Below, piece by piece: positions 25,941 through 39,567 of a DNA stretch of 64,000 nt. Position 1 is the first letter of the stretch. The number at the start of each line of letters is the position of its first letter. A program made the translations under genes and the position numbers. The notes beneath the pieces are model-generated. The model was not told where the DNA came from, searched no databases, and saw nothing but the letters and a program-made list of their open reading frames with translations. Source of the DNA: Klebsormidium nitens (Eukaryota; Plantae; Klebsormidiophyceae). The stretch spans positions 16,612 to 80,611 of the forward strand of contig DF237372.1 of assembly GCA_000708835.1 (NCBI GenBank). Direction: 5' to 3'.

Positions 25941-26117
25941 GGGAGCGGTTCTAAATTGGTAGGCACGAACAGGGGTATCTAGACGTGACCACTGATCGTG
26001 TGTAGTCCCCCCTTACTTCAGGGCTACAAATGGACGGACCAGATCAACGAGGATTGTGGGCAGATCACGCTTATTACGCCAGGAATATACCAGGTACCAG
26101 GGCTTTCTGAACCGAGG

Positions 26118-26530
26118 ATCAGGACGGACGGTTCTCTAACCGGGGGGGGAAAGCGAAAGCGGGTCGGTTTCGGCTCAGGGGGTACTTCCAAGGGGTTCAG
26201 GACCCCCTGTGGAACAGCAGGGCGCGGGAGATCAGGACGGACGGTTCTCTAACCCGGGGGGAAAGCGAAGCTGCAGGGCAAAGCGGGTCGGCTCTGGCGC
26301 AGGGGGTACTTTCAAGGGGTTCAGGACCCCCCTGGAACAGCAGGGCACGGGCGATCAGGACGGACGGTTTTCTGACGGGGGGGCAAGTGAAGCTGCAGGG
26401 CAAAGCGGGTCGGTTTCGGGTCAGAAGGTACATCCAAGGGGTTTAGGACCCCCCCGGAACAACAGGGCACAGGGGATCAGGACGGACAGATTTCTGACGC
26501 GGGGGAAAGCGAAGCTGCAAAGCAGAAGAA
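26118..26530. repeat. Degenerate tandem repeat, about 4 x 110-125 bp
   Basis: Unit begins gatcaggacggac and contains aagcgggtcgg and aaggggttcaggacccc; four starts visible. Confidence 0.9.
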
Positions 26531-26884
26531 GTCCGCAACGTGACGCCTCAGGGGGGCAACTCCAAGGGGGCCAGGAGCCCCCGGAATAGCAAAGGATTAG
26601 TGCAATAGTTTCGGATATCCTTCGGAGACAGTTTCCGGGCAGTTTGCCGGTGCCGCCTGACGCGGGGCTACGCAGCAACACAAGCCGTCCGTAATTGGAA
26701 GGATTTGGTTCCGGGGAGACCCTAGTTGGGGAGCGGAACGGCCCAGCTTTGTCCTTGGGGGAGTCTTCCAGGCGACTCATTGGCCCCAGAAACAGCAATA
26801 CAAAGGGGTGTACTGAGTCAACTTTGTTTCTGGGGTTACCCGCCGGTTAGGGAGTCCGGTCTTTCCCTAACCCCCGCCGCCAGA

Positions 26885-27981
26885 ATGGATGCCGACGGCC
26901 CCGACGCAGAATTGATAGCGCTTTTAACCGAGCATATCCAGGCACTTTTAGGGGAGCAGGGGAGGGAGTTCGGAAGGGGGGATGAGGGTCCAGGCAAATT
27001 GTCCCCCCGGAAAGTGCTCCGGCTGCAACAGCAGCATAAGAAGTTGCGCGAAGCTGCGACGTTTCTGCAGTTGCTGACAGGGGCGGCGAGTACCGCCAAC
27101 CCGGGGAGAAGAGAAGCTAACCCGGGGTTAACAGGAGTTAAGCCGGGGAGAAGAGAAGCTAACCAGGGGGAAGCGGCGACCGGCACACGGAAGATGGAGA
27201 ACAGGTCGGAGCAGTCGAGAGACTCCGGGGGGGGTCAAGGGCCCAGCGCTCGGGGGGGCGCGTCGGCAGCCCCCGTGTCCTCATCAATAAGCGGAGGGTT
27301 TTCCGCGGCTGTCTCGGAAGTGGGTTTCGAGGGCCACGATCCGACGGCCGTGTGCAATTGCGGGATCCGGAGTCCGTGCGGCGCGCCCAGGTGCAAGGGA
27401 TTGCCGCCAAAGAGCGCCTTTTCTTGAAGCGTCTGCGATCGCTCGAGCGGCGGAAACCCGTGGAGAAAATGACGGGCGACGATTTCCTCGAGCTGATGGA
27501 CGTTTTCCACCAGGAAGGTCCGGCCACGTGGCAGCTCGGGGGCGCTGCCACGTGGCCGCTCTCTGCGGGCCCCCAAGTCTCGGGCATCAGCCGTGCGCCC
27601 AGTGCGCCTGCGCGGTCGGAAGCGCAGGTTTCCGCCGCCCCTAGTTCGTTCGTCAGCAACGGCGGGGGTGGGGTGAAAAGGCCCCACAGCCTGGATCTGA
27701 ACCTGCCAGCCTTTGGGGAGTTCGTTCCGGCCGCTAAGCGGGGATCGATAGAGTTTGTTGCGGCGGGTGGTGTAACGGTCGGGGCGACCCTTGCGCCTCC
27801 ATTCCCCGTGTCTTGGTCGCCTGCAAAGACGCGGGACGCGGTTCCCGACACTAATGCATCGCAAGCATTAACCGAAACTGCCTCGTTGGGTTCTCCGTCC
27901 TTGTCATTGTCTCTCTGTCCTCCAGGAGAGCATCCGCCAACACACGATCCGCAAATCGATTTGAACCGTGAGCCGGGGTGA
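26885..27981 (+). CDS. Low-complexity hypothetical protein with two EAR-like motifs; apparent frameshift between 27230 and 27427
   Basis: Overlapping ORFs 26885-27427 (MDADGPDAEL...) and 27352-27981 in different frames near G homopolymers. LDLNLP at 27691-27708 and IDLNREP at 27955-27975. Internal 42-bp direct repeat (PGRREAN x2). Confidence 0.45.
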
Positions 27982-30779
27982 GCGGATTGGGAGCAAGCGG
28001 CTCAGCGTTTGTCTAGGTATATAGCAAGTTCTAGAAGGAGCTGCTTCGTTCGCACAACGTGGTGGGCCAGGGTTTGTGGAGTAGGATCGCACAGCTAGTC
28101 AGACATTGCTTTATTAAGCATATGGGCTAGTTAAATGGGCCTCCTCAGATAGGTCCTGGCCGTCCTCTTATGTCTCTGGAGCTGTCGTGTAAGGAGTGCT
28201 CTTTGGAGCTGCCAAGGGGCCTCAAGTTTATCAGCCGCGCAGTGGGTGAGCACCTGCGGCAAACTGCCATAATTGCATGCGTATGTAACATAGGTTGTCT
28301 AGTGCTTTCGGCTCTAAAGCATTATCAATTCAGGGTCCATAAGGCGCTCTTACTGTAGCTAGGGACTCATATACTAGCAAACACATGCACGACATGTTTG
28401 CGTTCTGAATCAAACCTCGAAGGACATAATCAAGTGGGCCGTCGGTGTCCGTCTTGAATTGAGAAGCGTTGGAAATAGTCATTGTAGAAGCTGTTTTCCA
28501 TTGTTGCTCGCAGCGGAAGGCCGTCTGCAGACAAACTTCGACTCATACCAATCAATGCACCGTCAGTAGTCAAAGCTAGTTGCTCACTGTGTACTTTTGA
28601 TAGAACACTACCGTAGTACACATTGAGAGATTTTGTCATATCATAATTGCAAGTCCGACTAGGCTAAAGAAATTACTTGAACCTTAACACTGCACTGCAT
28701 TTGAAGTGCCATGTTATAAGGCTATTGCACAACTTGAACGTAGTGAGTTTGATCCGGCCACGGCAATCCGATTGCAGTTACATTTACATCGAAGTTTCAA
28801 CTTAGTTTCATGTAGTCCCGATATCATTGCGTTGCGGCCAGGTTGCCGGTATGGCAAACATGATGCTTAATTAGGTTTATAAATTTCAGCTTGCCAGATG
28901 CAAGCATGCAAGAGACATAATTGATGCATAGATTCTTGTGTTCAATCATATGGTCCGATCTAGTACATAAGTGGCCAGCTGCCATCGCATAGAACGCCTC
29001 TAATGGGCTCCAATGCTCGAGACCCGCTGCACCGCGAGCGATTTATGAACCCAGGCCGGGCTGCGCGCACAGTCGGAGCTATGTTAACCTAGCTAGCTGG
29101 GCCGAATACGAGCTAGAGGCGAAAAGTTGCAGTGGCCCACACTGATCGACGCGCCCGCAAGGATGCGATAAAATCGTCTCGTGGACCGGGACGCTGGGAT
29201 TCAACGAGTGAGTCGGAGTATATATCTCACGCGCAAGCGGCATGGTAAGCCGTGACGGGGCACAACGTACTCGCCGCTTTTGACTTGATTTAGCTACTGG
29301 ACATGGCGCGCGCCCAAATGATACGTTGTCCAGAGTGACGGTCTTCCGGCTAGCATACGTAGTAAACAATATAGTATGCCGGCATGCGGGACCGGATCCA
29401 AAGGGCCCACGCAAGTAGACTTTGGCTTCTCTGCGCTTCGGTCCCGAAACCGGTCCGCGTCACCTAGTCATATGTCACAAAAAGCGGATCCTTTGAGCTT
29501 TTGTTTTCCAGCTGTTCAACGTATGCGTCAATTATAGTATACCGTTGAACATATGCGTCCACTGCACCGTTCCACATGTGCGTCCAAATCTTTTCTCTCC
29601 GCCCGTCACTATTATAGCAACGTACTTCGTTCCTTAGGGCTCGCCGACGAGATTAGTCAGAAAATAGCATCTGGCTTAACGCAACAACGGGTATCCTTCT
29701 ATTCTTGATCACATCAACACACGTGGATCTGATCCCATAAACTACTATCATTCTCTATCGTTCTCGCCCTTCCTTAGCTCCAAGTGGTCTGAAGCGCGGC
29801 CCATACAAGATGTCTCGAAAATCCTTTATCGAATAAGTACCACAACTCATGTGCCATGGGGCCGCGTACAGACCTTTTGCTGGTCACCTCCATTGATCCG
29901 CCATCATTCGAGGCTAACCCGATCGGCATAATTGTCAAGAGAAATAGTAGTAGGCCAAGATAATCACAAGCTCCGACTAAAAGTAAAAACCCTGACCCAA
30001 GAAATACCTGCTCCGCATCCGTACCCACCCTAACCACCAAATTAATCCTACCCGTCCCAGTGCGCTTACCTTATTACTATCTCGGCTTACCATGTTTTTT
30101 CTTGAGTTTCACCCGGTCGGCCCGCCAGAGAACACTTCCTACCGCTGGCGTCCATAACCCTGCAAATTTACAAAGGCGCTCAACGACAACATCACCCCCG
30201 TTTTATGACTTAAAATGGCGTGGCACTTGCTCAAAAAAGCGACGAAACAGGGTCGCACATCGTGGATGAAAGGGGCCCTTTCTGTGGGTCAGCTACTTGA
30301 CAGGCCTCCGGAGAGAACGGCTGCTTACGGAGCGGCAATGCAAACCTTTGCCTCTGAGTGGGCTGCAAAGCCAAATCAGAAGCGACTTGATTCATGGAGG
30401 AGGGTTTGGTTGATTTGGGAGGCGTTGCAAAGCAGAATCAGGTTAAATGCAAAAGCGCCTTGTTCTGAAGGTTGTCATAAAGGCGACCGTGAGAATCACT
30501 TGGCGACCGTCAGAATCACATGGTTTCCTTGTTTCTTGTACAGAAGTTGTACAAGCGTCGAAGGAAAGGGGGACCAGGAAAGTATGTGGGCTGTCCAGTT
30601 CCCAATGAAGCGCCACGAGAGCAGATTCGATTCTTGCCAACCGCGGATGTCGTCTCCTAACTAAAGTGTTGACAGGCCAAATTTCGCATCAACCTCTGAT
30701 TCTTGGGTACGCGACGGGGCAACGGCTCTGTTTCCTTTCCTTCGTGTCCGTGTTCAAGGGACGGCCAGCACAAACGTCA

Positions 30780-33300
30780 TGCTTTATGAAACTTCGAGCC
30801 GCATCAGCATCCGATACTCAGAACTTCAAAAGCACGGCAGCAAGAAGCAGATTCCGGAAAGCCCCTTAAAGGTTTTCTCTTTCTCTAAAGTGGACTCGCT
30901 TCGTCTTACTTGCTTCAAATGGAAGTCACCGCCTGGAGAACTAGTGTGAGCCGCTTTGCACCGGCCGCCCTTACGCAGGACATGTCTGCAGCATCCTAGG
31001 AAGGTGAGAGGAACAGGAAGGACACGCTTCTGGAACTTCTTTTTGCGCAAACTCAATTTTGGCAAACTCTTCATGATGGCGAAGGCGGACACAGACTGCC
31101 GCTCGGCGCTCAGGAGTGCAGCAACACATCACAAACTCCCCAACAGATTGGCGCCTAAAAGGCACCACCCATGCCCGTACCAAACTGTTATAATGTTATC
31201 CGCCCAACAGTCTCCAAAGTGTCACCATGAGAACACCAGATTGGACCTGAAGCATATTTGACGACCAAAAGGCACGTGTCAATTGGGCGTCACTTAGTCC
31301 CTCGAAGCATATTCGGAGCCTTTGTTGTGTCAAACTGTTGTAATCTTTGTTGCTTATCTGGAGCAGATCCAATTGGCGCCTGAAAGGGGGGCAAGTTGAT
31401 GCACGTCCTATGTTCTGGGCGTTGCCTGAGATGAATTAGCTACTCAAACAATTGCAGTCTTGAAGTCTTTCAAAGGTTCTGCTAATGTCGAGCGGCAACA
31501 CTTTGGGCAGACAAGTTCTCCGTGACCCCCCCAATGAAAACTGGCTCTGGAACAAGGGTCATCGATTTGAAATTGTAGAAGCCGTCTGTCCAATCACTCC
31601 GCGTTATAGTGCAGCTGAGTGATCTTGGACAGGAAAAAGAAGAAGTACTCACCTTGTCCAGAACGCTGAAAAAGAGAGCCACGACAAGGAAAGGCAGAGT
31701 CATTGCCTCGTGCACGCTCTTGCTCGCGCTCCGTGCGCATCGAGCCTATAATTCCTGTGTGTCTTTGCGGCCAACGGCAAGCAGGTGCTAGGTAGCCGTG
31801 TCCAGGTCGGCCTGGTGTAAGTGTGCATCAGATTGATGACGGCATGGGAAAAGACCAGGATGTGCCTGCAAGACAGGATATCAGTGACAGCTGTGAAGGA
31901 GTGGCCAAGATGATGCTGAAAGGTGCCATCATGTTCACAAACGTCCTAGGCCCAAACTCGGACCCCTTAAACACAGGGACAACATGTTGATCTCGACGAA
32001 GTGTTCGATCCGTCCTGAAAAGGCCTGGGGTTCCGTGTATCGTCAAAGCCCGGAACTTTCGCACCTAATGCATCGCAGACTGGCGCTGCAACATGTTGAC
32101 TGTGTAATTAACGGGCCCGAGAAAGTGAATTTCAATGGGCTCTGGACAAGGTCAATTAAGACTTGGGGTAAATAATGAAGAGGACACAGGACCAGGTTGG
32201 ACCCATATCGCACAGGTCAGTCAGGGGCCATTCAGCTGAGATCAGCATCTCTTGGAGAGCAGATGACGCATGCCCAGCGTGGCGCGCGCGCGGTGCAAAA
32301 TTCTTTTAGCTGACAATGGAGCTTTTCCAACCAGTATTGCAACCTGAGGGCGAGCTCACGGCAACCTAGAAAGGTACAAACCATGTCACTAAAGAATGCG
32401 TTGCACGGAAGACAAGTGCTTGAGACGTATGCTTCTGATACATAAACCTTATGACATCAAAGCTGCCACCTCAGCCACATTGTGCAGCTAGTCATCAATC
32501 ATACTTTTTGTCTGAGCTTTTCTGCTAATAGGTCTGTCAACACCTGCTAATTGGGTGAGAAAGCCCATTCACAGGTCATCTTTAACTACATCAGGGCAGA
32601 AACTTGTAGAAGTACAATATTGATGAAATACTGCCAATGGGTTTACCTGTATGCTGCCTGATTCATGCCGAAGCCACTAGCCAGCTGCAGTAGAATCTCT
32701 TCTGCAGTGATTGTCCACAGAGATTTGGAACCACGCTTCAAGTCATGAGCTTGACCTAGCAATCTGAAAGTACCATTTGATCGAGCAGTACAATCAAATG
32801 GATACTCCTAGTTTGACTAAGTAGTCAAGCTCTCCCCCTTCCAGTGGACGAATGCGGAAGCTGCTTATTCCTTCACGACCAGCCCACTAGAGCGCCCCAT
32901 GAGTCTGCCATGCCCCTGCACAATGCCTAGGTAGCTATTCAATGGCTGCCACAGGGGGAAAAGTACCGTCAATCAAGCCAGGGGTTTATACATGCCCTTC
33001 TACCAGAGGAAGCTGGTCAGGAACTGGTAACTTGCGTCTGATTAAACCAGGTACCGTATATTGTATGGTTGAGAGCGAAACCTTCTTGTGCATGCTCTTC
33101 AGCTGGACCTTTCGCTGGAAACTAGGTAGTGTGTCACTTTTCGAAGCTTTCGATAATAGTTGGACCTGGCAAATTGCAAAACCAAGCGGAAACCGTTTTG
33201 CGGGTGCATTATTGAGGTCGGACTCCGAGATAGCTGCATGATTGCAAGGCGAGGCTGAAGCCTGATTCTGATTCAGGGGCGCTTCCCCACCCAGTGTTGG
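30780..33300 (-). pseudogene. Fragmentary spliced ORFs with Cys/His clusters, unidentified
   Basis: Exon-like pieces with AG/GT ends (about 30910-31007 CCRHVLRKGGRCKAAH; about 31030-31155 EFVMCCCTPE; about 32645-32930). No continuous model could be built. Confidence 0.2.
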
Positions 33301-33825
33301 TAACAGACGCCATTTGGCGAAGACTTGGCATTCCCGTCCAAATATCTGAATTAATTGTCTTCAGAGCCCGAGCGCCGAGTGATGCGCCGGAGCACTCGTG
33401 AGTCGTGAGCGATGGGCTTCGACCGCTCACGGAAACCTCGGTCCGGCTGAATGACTGCGGCCCGAACGTTCATGCTCTGCTGTCCTATCTTCTTTGGAGC
33501 GCCGTGCAAGTTACAACATCACTTCAACTCTTCTGGATAACGTGCCGACATGCCTGATTGGCAGAATCAAACGGGCTGGCACTCGAGTCTCGGATGCTTG
33601 CGAAGTTGCACAGCAGCGCAATGGTCGATGTGCCTGATCGGCGAAAACACAACCCAGCAAGAAAGCAGGGCCCTCATCTCGAGCCTTTGGACTTCATAGC
33701 ACTAGGGGGGCTACAACCCATTTCATTGATGAGTATATCGTCATTCTCTCACAATCTGATTTTCACCTTCGGCTAACTTTCCCAGCTCAGCCTCGAAAGC
33801 GGCGCAGTGAAAGCGCAGCTCCAAA

Positions 33826-36800
33826 ATGGCTCCCTTCAACGTCGTCCTCAGCTCTCCGCGCACACGGCTCCTGCTGATTTTGGCCGCCGCCAGCTGTCTG
33901 GTACAGCTGGCAGCTGGGCAGGAGATCGGCCCCTTCGACTGCATAATCTGCGACGACGCCTTACTTGCAGGCCCGTGTAACTTCAACTACCTAAAGGGCC
34001 CCGCGACATGCAAGGCGCCGGGGAGCTTCTTCTGCGGCAAGTGCCCCCCGACGGATAGCAACGGCAACCCGACGCCCCCTGACAAGGACGTGGACTGCGC
34101 GTGCAAGATGAAGTGCTTGCCGAGCGTCGATGGAGTCAGCGGCAACTTCTACTGCGAGTGCCCCACAATTACTCCAGGTGAGCTCAGGAAGCCCTCACAT
34201 AAGATTGAAAATTCCTGTAACAATATCGGGCTGCCCTCTCGCACCCGAAAGTTTCTTGACAATCATATCTCCATCAAGAGAACTTCCTTGGAAGTAGGAC
34301 GGAGCTGCTTCTTGGCATGTCTCAAGCAGAATTCTTAGAGCTGGACTTTTGGGCGTTCAAGCAGAANNNNNNNNNNNNNNNNNNNNNNNNNNNNNNNNNN
34401 NNNNNNNNNNNNNNNNNNNNNNNNNNNNNNNNNNNNNNNNNNNNNNNNNNNNNNNNNNNNNNNNNNNNNNNNNNNNNNNNNNNNNNNNNNNNNNNNNNNN
34501 NNNNNNNNNNNNNNNNNNNNNNNNNNNNNNNNNNNNNNNNNNNNNNNNNNNNNNNNNNNNNNNNNNNNNNNNNNNNNNNNNNNNNNNNNNNNNNNNNNNN
34601 NNNNNNNNNNNNNNNNNNNNNNNNNNNNNNNNNNNNNNNNNNNNNNNNNNNNNNNNNNNNNNNNNNNNNNNNNNNNNNNNNNNNNNNNNNNNNNNNNNNN
34701 NNNNNNNNNNNNNNNNNNNNNNNNNNNNNNNNNNNNNNNNNNNNNNNNNNNNNNNNATTCTTAGAGCTGGACTTTGGGCGTTCAAGCAGAATTCTTAGAG
34801 CTGGACTCTGGGCGGGTTGGACGGGGATTGGACTGCTTGTTTGAAAGCTAGGTACGTCAGTGCCCTCCTTGAGCCTATTCAACCAGCCCTTTGTCAGGAG
34901 CATCACGTCTCAGCAATTCCCAGGGATTTCCTAGCCTAACAATTGTGAGAGGCCCCTGGCGTCTTTATTGACGTCACCCTTTCAGCCTTCTGTTCAGGGG
35001 CTTGGGGCAAGCGTCAATGCAGTGACTCTCTGATAGGAATAGAGATGTGAAGTAAACCAAAGGACAAGGAATCATGGCGAGTTTGACCCTCTCCCTGCTT
35101 GCAGGTGCGATCTGCTCTGACCCTCATTTCAGGGGGGCGTACAACACCGAGTATGACTTCCACGGAGTTCCCAGTAAGCTGTGAAACCTGAGTCTTTCTT
35201 TTTTTACGCTGTTGATCTGGGCTATGATTGAGCAAGCTGTCCAATGGCACTTCCCAGGATCTTGTAAAAGTCTGGAAGTATCCTGATTGATGTGCAGTTC
35301 GTCAGGTGTGGCAAAATTGCTACTAAGGTCTTGCAGACTGAGAAGTTCCGGCGTGAATGTGAATGTGGATGTGAATGCAAATGTGAATGTGAATGTGAAT
35401 GCGAGTGTGAATGTGGACGTGAATGTGAATGCATGAATGGCAAACGGATTCCCCCCCTCAGCTCAGCAAACCCATTTCTCTATCTGTGCAGACCGCGACT
35501 TCACTCTGATCTCCTACCAGGATTTGAATGTGAATGCGCACTTCATCGGGCAGGATGGCAAGGCGACTGGGTTTGATGGCACGTGGATGTCCGAGATTGG
35601 CATTCTCTGGAACGGCGCTGACGGACGCGTCCAAAACCTAACTGCCAGTGTCCACCAGGTTAGTCCTTAACCCCAAAATTAAGTGCGCAGGCTGTTGATA
35701 ACTAAGTGTGGCCACTTTGCTGCTGCTCGGACGTCCATCTTCGAAGGAACAGTAAACAGATCGGTCTGACACAGGTCTCAAACGGTTTTTGAAGCGATTC
35801 GTGGAGCTTTGCTCAGTCTGACATTCCCCTCCAAACAATCTTGCTACTCTTAGAAACATTCAGGGGGCGCTTTGACAGAATTCGGAGAAGGCTGCGTTCT
35901 TTCTGTCCCCTGGTTGTGACGTGATTGATTCAGCGGATCTAATTCAGATCGCTTGAAACACAAAAACTTCGCAAAGAAACCAGATGTCCTAGAGTCTCGG
36001 CTAACTGAACAATATCGTCCTTTACAGGGCCACATTCACGGGGAGGAGAACCCTTTCACCTTCACGGTCAACGGCGAACAACTCTCGGGCGCCTCGTACG
36101 AAAGCGCTGACGTCAGCATCGCGCGCGTCCTGGGCGGCAAGGCTTTCGTCATCAGCGTCCCTGGCCACGTCAGCATGCACCTGGCAGCGGAGGACCACCT
36201 GAACCCCGTCGGAAACCACATCGACATGGCGGTTAAAAAGCTGAATGTCACAGGTACGTGCCCTTTTTCAGAGCCCTCCCTGAAGCGCGATGAATTTATT
36301 TCTCTGGTGCTTCAAGGAAGAGAACGTTGGGTCCGATCACCTGGGCTGTTTATACAGTCTTGGACTGCAGTTAACGCTTCGCTAGAAACTCTCAACTGCA
36401 AGTCCTATGTGGCTGGACACTACTCGATCGACATAAGCAAGCTCGCTCAAGGCAGCCCACATGACTTTCTAAACACTTTGTGCTCTCTAAGGGCAACGCA
36501 GACAGACGTCCCTTGATCAAGACCCAAAAGATCACTACCAATACTCTGTGCCCACTATCGACGACAGGGAAGCTTTTTTGGCAGTCATTCTTTCTGCGCT
36601 CTTCAATGGACTTCCTGAAGATCCTCAGAAGTTATTTCTTTTCTGTCGAGTCTCGTCTCGTGGTCTCTCCGAGCGGAACCTCGATTGCGAACTGGGAGTG
36701 GCAGGGGTGCGACAAGCCCTTTCTCGTAATTGCCAAAAATAACCCGTTCATCAGACGTCAGCTGGAATCGCCTTCACCTAGCAATGTCTGTGAAATCAAG

Positions 36801-37558
36801 TGACTTTCCATGTCGGTCTTTGCAGCTCAGAGGATGATCTTTGCATTAATTACCCTGCGCTTGAGCAGATCCACCGTAAACCTCGGGCCGTTAAGCACAG
36901 CCTTCGCTTCAACCTGGCCTCCTTCTGCCAAACAAATCACCGCTGAGGGTTTCGTAGCCAAGCTAGCTCACAGGAGATTTTGTCCGCTAACCAGGCTAGT
37001 TACGAGACTTGAGGCTTCGGTTATTGGACAAGTAACCGGTACTTGACCTTTCTACAGAGCTGGTTACCGCCCGAGTCCGGATATTGGACAATCAACCACT
37101 TTCAGACCAGCTCATAACCATCCGTGGTTAAGGGCAAAAAGTTCGTGTGTAGGCGAGTTTCCAAGAGCTAACCGACTGCCTCCCCCTCTGACCCTGCAGG
37201 CTTCGTGCACGGCGTCCTTGGCCAGACCTTCGCTGCCGCCCGTGCGGCCGCGCTGCGCGACGCGGCCGCGGCGGTGGGCACTTCCGCGCGCTTCGACGCG
37301 AGCGACATCGTCGAAGGCGGCGACATGGACTACGTGACGTCCGGCTTGCTGTCGCCGGACGCGCACTTCAACCGTTTCCGTACGTCCGCGCGCGCGGGGC
37401 CCGACGCGACCGCCAAGAGCGCGGTGCTGAGCTTTGAGAGCCGCAAGCTGCTTTCTGTGGATTTGGATATTTTGGATAAGGAGGAGTTGAACGTCGATGT
37501 GAGGGCGGAGTTTGGAGAAGAGTCGGGCGGCGTGCGCGTGCTTGTGACACATGACTAG
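33826..37558 (+). CDS. Secreted Cys-rich Root_cap / LEA-related family protein
   Basis: Phase-consistent exons 33826-34177, 35105-35173, 35492-35658, 36028-36253, 37200-37558 (390 aa). Hydrophobic signal peptide, 12 Cys before SDPHFRG, then [52 protein letters not shown], motifs typical of the plant Root_cap family. An exon could be hidden in the N gap. Confidence 0.85.
34320..34810. repeat. ~34-bp tandem array spanning an assembly gap (N 34367-34756)
   Basis: Unit caagcagaattcttagagctggactttgggcgtt on both sides of the gap. Confidence 0.9.
35352..35438. repeat. Imperfect (GTGAAT)n microsatellite
   Basis: Direct reading: gtgaatgtgaatgtggatgtgaatgcaaatgtgaat... Confidence 0.95.
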
Positions 37559-39567
37559 GAAAAAAGGCGGGTCGACCAAACAGAACCGAACAGATTCTCA
37601 GAACTGAATGAGCAGTTGTGAAAAAGGAGGCCTTGAAAGTGAGGCAAGAGACACGAATAGAAGATTGGTGTGTACTGATTACTAGGAGGCGGGTCCGAAA
37701 TGGACACCGATAGCAATTGCATGTGTTGCGTGAGAATCTTAGCTTTGTTTAATTTCAGGAGCTAGTGGATTGAGTTTATAACCGGCAAACTTCCAACGGT
37801 ATCCGAAACAGACCTTTCAATGTAAAGTAGTGTGTTGTGTTTGACATTTAATGAAGTGGAACACGGTAGGTCGGATTCTCATGTAAGATTTACAGGCACA
37901 CTTCGAAGGTACGTCCGATTGAACGTGCCTTAGATAGTGAGCACACGCATCAAGTCTACAGTGTTTACAGATTTCGCTGTAAGCATACAGACTTGAAAGC
38001 ATCCGGCCGCAGTGAGTCGCAACTTAGAAGATTGGAGAGGCGTGGTTGACAAGGACACTTATATGTGCAATGCAGTAGGGGAACTGTATGAATTTCATGC
38101 TTTTCAACCTGCGGTGTGTCCTGGGTGGCTAAGGTGCTTCGGAGGTTCCATCCGTTGGGCCTGTTTCATTAGACACTCTGTAAATGCTAAGTGTCAAAAA
38201 AATGAAGCAAGATCCAGAAGAGACTTCATACTTAGCAAGCAGGCCTGCATGCGCTGCATCTTTTACCCTTGTCTTTGTTAATCTGATGTGCATGATCAAA
38301 TGTCGAGAAGAAACAAACCTACACTTGACTTGGCACGTGCGTCTAGAAACAATACAATCGATGGCGCGTATACTTCTATCATTTTGACGTTGATGATCAT
38401 TCTACAGAACTTGCCCAATTAAAACATACTTCAGTCGGCACAATGCTTTCGGTCCATGATCAGCTTTGCGGTACGTATCGATCTGGAGGCGTTGGAGAGA
38501 CTGCATGGACTGCCTTCTCTTGTTGCATGCGGTCTCGAGCATCTTTGGTCGCGCGCCGTCCCTTATAATTCATTCGGATCAGAACCTTAAGAGTGCAGTG
38601 GATGCACAGGTTGAGGCCTTTCCAACGAAAGACTTCAGCGAATACATTCGCGTTAAGGTACGTGCTTGAGTCCGGCTCAGTCCTGCGGGTTTGCATATGA
38701 TCATGTAGCTGTGGCGCGTGAGAATATACTAACAACCTGCCCCAAAGAACTCAGATTCTTTCGAAGCTCAAAAAGTCACGTCAACATCGTGGCTCTCCAA
38801 GTTTTCACTTGGCCTGGCATGACGTGCTCCTCTTTAGTGCTGTGATCGATGTAGAGCCTCAAGGCCCTAGCATGTCCCTTACCGCTTAGTGTCTTTAATT
38901 GCAAGTTGGCATGTATGTGCAAGGAATGATCGAAAGCGAACCTTGCATTTTCGCGGATATCGATGACAAGGATGCAACAATCTGCACATGATGCCAGGGT
39001 CGGATCGGACACTGACAGTCACCGTCTGAGGCTGTGCCAGGACCAAAACACAAGGAGTCGGAGTACACCAAGTGACTAAATCCTTGCCAGAGCTTGAAAG
39101 ACTGTTAATGCGCGCCGAGACCGTGACCTGCTACCGCAACGAATTGTTCCGAAGTCCTTCATATGTTACACTACTGTACACATAGTTTCCTAAGACTGTG
39201 TACAAATCGTGGCGCACCTCACGCCTCATCAATGAATTGCGACCAGACTCGTAATGAAGCGGTCTCAACACCCCTATCGCCCTGCAACTTCAACATCAAA
39301 AAATGTGGCTTGCAAAGGCGCCAAGAGTTTTCCTAATCTCCTCATATTGGACGATGCCATCTTGGGAGTCGACAAAGAACGATCTGCCCCAAACCGAAGC
39401 CATCGGCTCACAACAATCGAGTAACTTGAAGCCGACTCGTCAGGAGTCTTTACTTGATGACATGCTGATGCCCACGGTCTTGCGGCGCTATAGACGCCCG
39501 TCTTCAAGCAGCCAAGAAGCCAAACACGAAGTCGGAGAGGGACGTCCCCAGCACCCCTTTGACAGAA

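Noticed and set aside
29440-29470. Possible Helitron 3' end (short hairpin then CTAG-T)
   Set aside because: Only a 4-bp stem; no Rep/helicase ORF and no matching 5' end.
29775-29860. SKWSEARPI, resembling a retroelement integrase motif
   Set aside because: No other integrase, RT or RNase H motifs and no LTRs seen.
39325-39385. NLLILDDAILGVDKE, resembling an ABC ATPase Walker B/D-loop
   Set aside because: No Walker A or signature motif nearby; short stop-bounded frame.
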